From Salisapilia sapeloensis CBS 127946 (lineage: Eukaryota > Protista > Oomycota), in contig JAADVB010000057.1 of NCBI GenBank assembly GCA_023334545.1, positions 1 through 64,000 on the forward strand: 64,000 nt of DNA, read 5' to 3'. Both the position numbers and the translations under genes were made by a program. Positions within the stretch are counted from its first letter, which is position 1, and every line of letters starts with the position of its first letter. The notes below the pieces were generated by a model, which had not been told where the DNA came from, did no database searches, and worked only from the letters and a program-made list of their open reading frames with translations. Positions 56,647 to 64,000 of the stretch are shown in pieces.

Positions 56647-59600
56647 ATGGGGAACGCCGCGCCTCGAGCCCAGCCTCCTCAGCACGTGGACAGTGCGTCC
56701 CAGTACCGGACATACCTGCTCGACTACTCTCCACGTGGATTAAATATGATGTTTCTGTCGCTTATCGGGGATGGAAAATTCCTCAAGTCGATTCAGTGCA
56801 GGTGTGAAGAGGGACAGCTCGTTGTCAAGATATATCGCAAGTTCGACCCGCAGGAATCCTTGTCGGGAGCAGAGACGCCGTTGCGCAAACTCCAGTTCGC
56901 ATTCACGCTCGAGAAACAGCCTAACGTCCTACCATACGCAGACTACGCTTTGTCTGCAAAACACCACGTTGCGTTCCTCGTTCGACAGTACTTTACACAC
57001 AACTTGTATGACCGAGTATGCTCTCGGCCGTTTTTAACGACAGTCGAGAAGAAGTGGATTGCGTATCAACTCTTACGAGCGTTGGATCAAATCCATTCGA
57101 AGCGAATTTATCATGGAGACATCAAGATGGAAAACGTCATGGTCACGAGCTGGAATTGGCTGTTTATTACCGACTTTGCGCCCTTTAAACCGACCTATAT
57201 CCCAGAAGACGATCCGGCAGACTACAATTACTATTTTTGCGCCATCGACGCCACTCGGCGAGGTTGCAGCGTCGCGCCAGAGCGCTTCTACGGCCGGTCC
57301 TCTGCCAGAGCTGCCATCGCCGCAGCCAATAACCCCACAGGCTCCACGAAAGGAGCAGACGCGATGATGCTCTCTCGCATGGCTGACTCGGAAGTAAGTG
57401 TAGAGGAGGTGGAGAAGCAGTTTCTAGCGCTCGGCATGGCCAATCCGAACGGCGTGCCTCCGACGCAGTCTGCTTCCAGTAACAAGAAGCCTGGAGATAC
57501 GCATTTGAATCCAGCCATGGACATATTCTCGGCCGGATGTGTCATCGCAGAGGTGTTTAACGGCGGCAAGCCTCTCTTCGACCTTCCGTCGCTCCTCAAG
57601 TACCGCACGGGAGACACTGATTCATTGAATTTTAACCTTCAGAAGATTGCTACTGGCGAAATGAAAGAGCTGCTGCTGCACATGCTCCAGTTGAATCCCA
57701 ATGGACGCATGTCTGCTTCAGAGTACTTGCAAAAGTACACTGGGAGCGAGCCAGACGCACTCTTCCCGTCCTACTTTGACTCCTTCCTCTTCCGATTCCT
57801 CATGCTCGTCCTGAGTCCTGGTGGAAAAGTACCGGATGCACGTGTGCGACTCATTTGCAAGTACTATGGTCGGATCGTAAAGGAAGTCGCGGGTGTAGAG
57901 GATAAAGAAGGTGTCGAGTTCTTCAAGCAGCGACTCAAGGAAGGGTACGGATCCGACCGACAGCTCAACCAGGAGCTCAACGCTGGCGAAGGAGACGACG
58001 TGCATGTCGCCCAGCGGGTTCTGGATGAAGTCCAGGACCATCCATCTCGACCGCAAAAGGACAAGAAACTTGCAGAGGAGAGTCCGTGGCCTCCGAACCA
58101 CCCGATGGCGAAACTCCAGAAGCTTAAGGAGAAGGAGAGCGACATGAACGGAATCAGTGGAACGCTACAGAAGAAGAAGATTGAACAGCTTCACGATCAG
58201 TACAATAGCCTTACACAGCGGAAGAAGCAGTCGCTCATGCTCGACTACGATCGGGAGAACACGAGTTCGGAGTCTCCTGCACCTCCCCAGGCTCGAAAGG
58301 AAGAGAAACGAACGAAGAAGCCGAGACACGAACCATCGAACGTGAATGCTTCTCGGAAAGACCGTCTACGAGCGTGGGATGAAGACCGGAATGGCATTGT
58401 CATCATTCTGTCGTTGCTCTGCTCTACGCTGCGTCACGTCCAAGTGCCGGAGATGAAACTCACAGCCTTGTACCTTGTCCAGTCTCTAGCGCAATTCACA
58501 AGCGACGAAGTCCGTCTCCAGCGCCTCGTTCCGTTCCTCGTGGAAATCTTGGACGACCCGAGCGCTCGAGTCCGATCGTTGTCCATTCGCACTCTCACGT
58601 TCGTCCTCTCGCTCATCGAAAGCTTTCCTCTCGCAGATGCGTCTGTCTTCCCCAAGTACATTCTACCCGCCCTCACGCCGTTTCCTTATGACCCGGATGA
58701 AATGGTCCGCATTACCTTTGCTGAAAGTATCGCTAAGATCGCCTCCACTAGCCGTCGATTCTTGGAGATTGCCCATGCGATGAAACAAAAGTATCTCGGT
58801 TCTTCCACGACCATGACGAATGCCTCGACTCGATCTGGTGATCTTCCGCTCATGCTGACTATCGGATCGAACAACTTTGATGACGAGTTGAGTCTCTTGC
58901 ATCAAAAACTGGCGCGTTTCGTCATCCAGTTGTCTTCTCCTGACCAAAAGACCAGCTCTGCGTTAGTCAAAAGAGCTCTTTTGCTCGACATCACGCGCCT
59001 CTGCACGTTCTTCGGTCGAGAACGGACGCTGGATGTCGTCTTGCCGCAGCTCATTACGTTCCTAAATGACGCCGACTGGGAGCTACGGGGAGCCTTCTTT
59101 GACTACATCACTGGCGTGTGCTCCTTTGTTGGCAGGAACACCGTCGAGCTATATGTCTTGCCCTGCATCGAGCAGGCGCTCTTCGACGCACAGGAGATTG
59201 TCGTGACAAAAGCCGTCGAGTGTCTCGCTGGACTCTGTCATCTAGGTCTCTTTGACCGAAGGGTACCGGCACTGACGGAGAAGGCGCGCATGGCTGCTCC
59301 CCTCCTGCTCCATCCGAGCTGGTGGGTCCGAGATGCTGTCATCAGACTGCTCGCAGACATTGCAGGTCGGCTCGGGAGAGTGGATGCCAACGTCTTCCTC
59401 GTGCCTGCACTGCGTCCGTACATGCTGCATCAGATGGTCTTCCTCCTGGACGAAGACGAGGAGCAGGTTCGCATGCGGCTGAGCATGTGCTGTCGGCCAT
59501 ACTTGACCAGAGCGACCTTTGACAAGGCTCTGCAGCAAGGCGCCACCTCCACCATCGATGACCTGGAGCATGACAACCTGGACAATGTGGACGACGGGTC

Positions 59601-62313
59601 TCGTCGCAGTGACGGCACATCCTCTTCTGTTGCTAACGACAAGAAGATGTTTGGACACAGCAAAGCTCCGTCTTCCACTACGGTGCATGAACCTCCTGGC
59701 GGTCGAGACGCAGAGAGCAGGAAGCATCAGGTGGCGGCGCTAAAACTCCTGTCGCAGTACGTTGACATGGCATCCGTCCACATGCAGACCAAGATGGAGC
59801 TAGCACAGGCCGAACGCTCTCAATCCCGTCGCACGGTGGACAAGAGCGCGACGGCGTCAGCCATCTCGGTTACGTCGCCTCGGGCAGGAAGTGGGCACAA
59901 CTTGCTGTCTCGAAAAGTCACTCGCTCCCACCTGCATGTCCTGTACGTCCCCGACATGCGTTACGCGCTGTCTGTCGCGATGCCTCTAAAGAGCGTCAAC
60001 CTCCAAGCACCAACCGCCAGTGCCAGTAGTTCTAGTAGCAGCACTGTTCCTTCCAACGCTCTCGTGACTCGATCTGCCACTGCACACGGTCGGATGCAGC
60101 GGACATCCAGCGCTACTACGCTAGCAACAGTGCACTCTCAGAAGGAGATGACTGGTTCCTCCAACTCGACGACACTGGTGGAGCACCTGTCTCTTCCGCA
60201 GATCATCAAGGCGTATGGTCTCGTCGGACCCAACCTTCCTTTCTCGAGCACGATGCCATCCAAAAGCCAAGGCACGACGTCCGTTAGCTTCACGGGTACA
60301 TCTGGCAATGCAGAAGAAAGTGCTCACGACAACATGCACTTTGCACCTGCGAGTGGCGGCGTCATGGTCAGTATGCTTAACATGAACATTCGAGACGGAT
60401 ACGACGGAGACATGCTGTCGCCATCGTCCTCCACGTCCTCTTCATCACGCAACCCTCGCCAGGCGAAGCGCGCGAACACTTCGTCCGAGCACTACTTCTC
60501 CTTTAAAGAGTTTGCGACTGATCCTGCTCTCCAGAACCCTCGAAAGCTCCTCGCGAGACTCACGGCACTTGGTATCCCTCCCTTGCCTCCTGACCTCGGG
60601 AGTCTGCGTCTACCGGACGGCAACGTCTTCTCCATCTACAGCCATCCGAGCAATCCTCACAACACCTTTGCTTCCCACAATCCGACAGGTCTCCAGGCCG
60701 ATCGAGGAGGCCACTCGACGCCCACGGCTTCTCCGATTGCTGGCGGTCTCTTCTACGGAGGCCTCTACAGCAGCTTTGGAGGCGTCGTGCCATCTCCGAG
60801 CTCTACGTCATCACAGAACGGAGAAGGGTTTACACAAGCCGCGACTTCGGGTGGAAACATGTCGTATTGGTCACGCAGTTGGCGACCTCGGAAGAACATC
60901 CTCGTGGCCGAACTGAGCGAGCATGAAGGTGCGGTCAACCGAGTAGATGCTTCCCAGGACTATAGCTTCCTCGCATCTGCGTCCAGTGACGGCACAGTCA
61001 AGCTGTGGTCTGTAAAGAGTTTGCAGCATAGTGTCAACCAAGGGTCTCGATGCACGTACGACGGCCAAGGAGGTGTGCTGACAGACATGAAAGTCCTGGA
61101 TAACAGTCACTCAGTGGCAGTCGCATCCTCCAATGGCTCCATCCACGTCTTCCGAGTCGATAAGGTGAATGCCGTCGGAGGAAACTTCCACGCGACTGGA
61201 CTTAAGGAACTACGCTCTGAGGCGAGTGCTGTCATGGCGCTTGATTACCTGAACAATGTCAGTGAAAGCCTCCTCATCTACGCCACCCGCTCTGGCGAAC
61301 TACGTGCGTGGGACCTTCGTATGCGTCGACAAGCATGGTGTCTACACGTCTCACAGGAACTAGGCTACGTAACATCTATGACGCATTCCCTGGACGTCAG
61401 TTGGCTGGCTGCTGGTACCTCGAGAGGTTTCATTCTGCTTTGGGACTTAAGGTTCCTCGTGCTCATCAGGATCTGGAGACACTCGTCCCATCGATGTATC
61501 CACAGCATCCAGCCATGTCTCGGACTGCCGAATACGAAGCAGCTGGAAGAAACGTCCGTCCCACTCGTGTACGTCGCTGCGGGAGACAGTGAGGTGGCAG
61601 TGTTCGACCTGAGCATTGGCGCTTGCAGAGCTGTCTTCCGTACGCTCCACGTCCAGGCGACGGAAGCAGAGGCGACGAGGTGTCCTACACTGAGCCACGT
61701 GCCCATTCCGCATCGAACGAGGCATGTCATGCGTAGCTACTTGGGCATCTATGGCATCGCCAGTGCTTTCGACGAAATCTCGACGACACCATTAGGAGAC
61801 GAACCGACGGTGCGGACGATGCTATGCCCATCGTTGCACTTGAAAGGACTGGCGGATGCTTTGATCACTGGTGGAGAAGACAAGCAGCTGCGTTTCTGGG
61901 ACATTCACAATGGCAAGAAGTCGTACACGGTGTGTGGAGACGCTCGGTCTCACTATGACGTCCAGTCGGCTCCGCATGATTGGTGGCGTATCAATTCCCA
62001 GCAGCCAGCATCGCTGGACAAGTCGGACCAAGCGAGTGCGGCGATAAGTAAGCCTGAGATGACCTGGAGCAAGCTGAGTCCGCCGATCGTGACGACGTGT
62101 CAAGACTCTTCGTATTATTCGTCTCAGGCAGGACCTGGGTCGGTCGTAAATGCTGGCGGTGGCGTCGAGAACGCCGTGACGATGGAGAAGCAAGGCCTTG
62201 TGGCTCCGTCTCCGGCTCATAACGATTGCATTCTGGATTTAGCACTAGTTGACCTGCATGGACCGATGCTCGTGTCAAGTGGACGTGATGGACTGATCAA
62301 GGTGTGGAAGTAA
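56647..62313 (+). CDS. VPS15: VPS15/PIK3R4, regulatory subunit of class III PI3K (kinase-like + HEAT + WD40)
   Basis: Myristoylation-type start MGNAAP, VEKKWIAYQLL, HGDIKMEN, TDFAPFKPTYIPEDDPAD, RLQRLVPF HEATs, WD40 end SGRDGLIKVWK. Confidence 0.95.
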   Translation: MGNAAPRAQPPQHVDSASQYRTYLLDYSPRGLNMMFLSLIGDGKFLKSIQCRCEEGQLVVKIYRKFDPQESLSGAETPLRKLQFAFTLEKQPNVLPYADYALSAKHHVAFLVRQYFTHNLYDRVCSRPFLTTVEKKWIAYQLLRALDQIHSKRIYHGDIKMENVMVTSWNWLFITDFAPFKPTYIPEDDPADYNYYFCAIDATRRGCSVAPERFYGRSSARAAIAAANNPTGSTKGADAMMLSRMADSEVSVEEVEKQFLALGMANPNGVPPTQSASSNKKPGDTHLNPAMDIFSAGCVIAEVFNGGKPLFDLPSLLKYRTGDTDSLNFNLQKIATGEMKELLLHMLQLNPNGRMSASEYLQKYTGSEPDALFPSYFDSFLFRFLMLVLSPGGKVPDARVRLICKYYGRIVKEVAGVEDKEGVEFFKQRLKEGYGSDRQLNQELNAGEGDDVHVAQRVLDEVQDHPSRPQKDKKLAEESPWPPNHPMAKLQKLKEKESDMNGISGTLQKKKIEQLHDQYNSLTQRKKQSLMLDYDRENTSSESPAPPQARKEEKRTKKPRHEPSNVNASRKDRLRAWDEDRNGIVIILSLLCSTLRHVQVPEMKLTALYLVQSLAQFTSDEVRLQRLVPFLVEILDDPSARVRSLSIRTLTFVLSLIESFPLADASVFPKYILPALTPFPYDPDEMVRITFAESIAKIASTSRRFLEIAHAMKQKYLGSSTTMTNASTRSGDLPLMLTIGSNNFDDELSLLHQKLARFVIQLSSPDQKTSSALVKRALLLDITRLCTFFGRERTLDVVLPQLITFLNDADWELRGAFFDYITGVCSFVGRNTVELYVLPCIEQALFDAQEIVVTKAVECLAGLCHLGLFDRRVPALTEKARMAAPLLLHPSWWVRDAVIRLLADIAGRLGRVDANVFLVPALRPYMLHQMVFLLDEDEEQVRMRLSMCCRPYLTRATFDKALQQGATSTIDDLEHDNLDNVDDGSRRSDGTSSSVANDKKMFGHSKAPSSTTVHEPPGGRDAESRKHQVAALKLLSQYVDMASVHMQTKMELAQAERSQSRRTVDKSATASAISVTSPRAGSGHNLLSRKVTRSHLHVLYVPDMRYALSVAMPLKSVNLQAPTASASSSSSSTVPSNALVTRSATAHGRMQRTSSATTLATVHSQKEMTGSSNSTTLVEHLSLPQIIKAYGLVGPNLPFSSTMPSKSQGTTSVSFTGTSGNAEESAHDNMHFAPASGGVMVSMLNMNIRDGYDGDMLSPSSSTSSSSRNPRQAKRANTSSEHYFSFKEFATDPALQNPRKLLARLTALGIPPLPPDLGSLRLPDGNVFSIYSHPSNPHNTFASHNPTGLQADRGGHSTPTASPIAGGLFYGGLYSSFGGVVPSPSSTSSQNGEGFTQAATSGGNMSYWSRSWRPRKNILVAELSEHEGAVNRVDASQDYSFLASASSDGTVKLWSVKSLQHSVNQGSRCTYDGQGGVLTDMKVLDNSHSVAVASSNGSIHVFRVDKVNAVGGNFHATGLKELRSEASAVMALDYLNNVSESLLIYATRSGELRAWDLRMRRQAWCLHVSQELGYVTSMTHSLDVSWLAAGTSRGFILLWDLRFLVLIRIWRHSSHRCIHSIQPCLGLPNTKQLEETSVPLVYVAAGDSEVAVFDLSIGACRAVFRTLHVQATEAEATRCPTLSHVPIPHRTRHVMRSYLGIYGIASAFDEISTTPLGDEPTVRTMLCPSLHLKGLADALITGGEDKQLRFWDIHNGKKSYTVCGDARSHYDVQSAPHDWWRINSQQPASLDKSDQASAAISKPEMTWSKLSPPIVTTCQDSSYYSSQAGPGSVVNAGGGVENAVTMEKQGLVAPSPAHNDCILDLALVDLHGPMLVSSGRDGLIKVWK

Positions 62314-62438
62314 GACGATAAAAGAGAAATGCACTTTGAAATTCTTTACTTAGACTCTGGCCGACAGATGGTTATCGTGGCAATGAGTAGAGATTCATTT
62401 ACACCACAGACAAGAAAAGAGGGACCGTCGGAACGAGC

Positions 62439-62675
62439 ATGGCAACCCAACTTCGGTCCAAGGAGGAGATCATGGCGATCCGCGCCGCTGAGCAAGAGTA
62501 CATGGAGCGCACGCTCGTCGCGGAGGAGACCGTGAAGATGGTGCGCGAAGAGCTCGCCAACTGCTACATCGAGCACGGTGTCAACCATAAGATCAAATGC
62601 AAGCCTCTTCGGGAGCAGTACGCGAAACTCATTCAGGACCCCACAAACGGCGCTGGCCCACCCGTACGTATCTAG
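62439..62675 (+). CDS. NDUFB10: NADH dehydrogenase 1 beta subcomplex subunit 10 (PDSW)-like
   Basis: KMVREELANCYIEHGVNHKIKCKPLREQY matches the plant/protist PDSW pattern REK..WCY..EGVNH..KCR.L..QY. Confidence 0.75.
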   Translation: MATQLRSKEEIMAIRAAEQEYMERTLVAEETVKMVREELANCYIEHGVNHKIKCKPLREQYAKLIQDPTNGAGPPVRI

Positions 62676-62936
62676 TACACGCAACAGGCTCTTATGCTCC
62701 ACTTATACTTGCATGTGTATTTAGAAACGACCTGCGATTTAAAGTTATCGAGCATCCGCTTGGAAGGCTGACCGTGGTCTTTGGATACCGAAAAGCTTTT
62801 ACAGAAAGCACATGCAGAAATAAAAAGGAGGATGTTTGAGAAGAAAGTAGATGAGTCCTCTGTCTCCATTCAATTGTACGCAGCAAAAGGATGCTAGTCG
62901 TAGCGCTTGCACGCGCACTGTCTACTGCATGTCTTC

Positions 62937-64000
62937 CTATTCGGTGCTTAGGCGGCGACGTTTCGATCTTGCTTCTTCAATAAGTGCAAGAGCTTCCTTT
63001 AATCCCCTTGTGTGACGGTCGGCTTGGGATGCGTTCCTTCTAGCACCATGAGATGCTTCCTCCACTTCGCTGCCTTGACTTTGGCTTATAATAGCTGGTC
63101 CATCGATCTGTCCTGGAAGGCTTGGAGAAAGGAGAGAATGCGTTCGGTTCGAGGAAACATGATCGTTATCAACATCGACTGTGTGTAGAGCGTCCTGAGC
63201 AATTTCTGTTAAGCTTCGTGCCATTTCTGGCGGTGGGACAGTTTCCCTTTCATGGCGGTCTCGCTGTTCTAAAACCAATTGCCTCGTGTCGTACGCCGAT
63301 GCGCGTGCAAGATAGTCGAAAGTGTCAAATCTAGCTTGCAGTTTCCCAAGCTCTTCGCGAAGTTTAGATGACTCGGAGGCGATCTCACTCGCCATGTTCC
63401 GGTATTCTTGTCTTACGTCGTCAACCTGCACAGCACAAAGTCACAGTCATCATCATCAGTAGCATACGGTCATAGCAAGTACTTGTGCTTGTAGCTCTCG
63501 AATGTCTTTTGAAAATCTAGTCATTCGAGCGGAAAATTGGCCCTTCATAGCTCTTTGTTCCTTTCGCAACCCGTCCTTTAGGTCACTTAGAGACTCATGC
63601 AGTGCTTGAAACTCATTTTTAAAGTCGACATTTCCACTAGAATTTGTTGTGGTTTCACAGGCTTCGGGCATTGAGGTCTGTAAAGACGAAGATGCTCCTT
63701 CTTTATCTAGGACTGGACATTCGACTGGGAGCTCTTGTGCTCGCGAGGTGTCCACATCATTAGTCGATGCTTCACTCGGTTGAGGTAGGTTGTCCTCGTA
63801 GGTAACCTCAGCATCATCTAATCTCGGTTGTGTGGCAGGAATAGAAACCGTTTGACTTGGCTGATGGAACCTTTGAGAGTAAAAGCTAGCTTTCTGTTCA
63901 TCCCGTGAGGCATACTTAGCTCTGCCACCAATACGCTTTCCCTGACTTTGAAGCTGACTCTGGCTTCGCTAAAGAATAGATGTGGCAATCGGGATGGTGA
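62937..64000 (-). CDS. Hypothetical multi-exon coiled-coil-containing protein, probably 5'-truncated by the window edge
   Basis: ORFs 63456-63755 and 62937-63431 join through a GT-AG intron (ELQAQ|..QVDD) and carry heptad-like segments. Confidence 0.5.

Overview
This is gene-dense eukaryotic nuclear DNA, most likely from an oomycete (stramenopile). Support for that: short GT-AG introns of about 50-70 nt, standard genetic code, an oomycete-type INR+FPR core promoter, START-like/FYVE proteins, a TM-RanBP2-HECT ligase, an LRR receptor kinase and a Pythium/Phytophthora-like delta-6 desaturase. About 24 protein genes and 3 tRNAs are supportable. They include Arp3, CDC48, VPS15, ATG4, SF3A2, a Nop25/RRP17-like protein, NDUFB10, an ILRUN-like protein, threonine dehydrogenase, an Arg:Gly amidinotransferase and a GBP-PH GTPase. 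No CRISPR array or intact mobile element was seen. The best leads are: (1) a 1097-aa secreted helical protein with a central hydrophobic hairpin, resembling an alpha-pore-forming toxin; (2) a secreted thaumatin + TOS1-like (GH16-type ExDxxE) fusion; (3) a p400/PIE1-like HSA-SNF2-SANT protein with a dead ATPase; (4) a double-telobox Myb protein; (5) a mitochondrial amidinotransferase near threonine dehydrogenase. All family assignments come from motif recognition by eye, not database searches.
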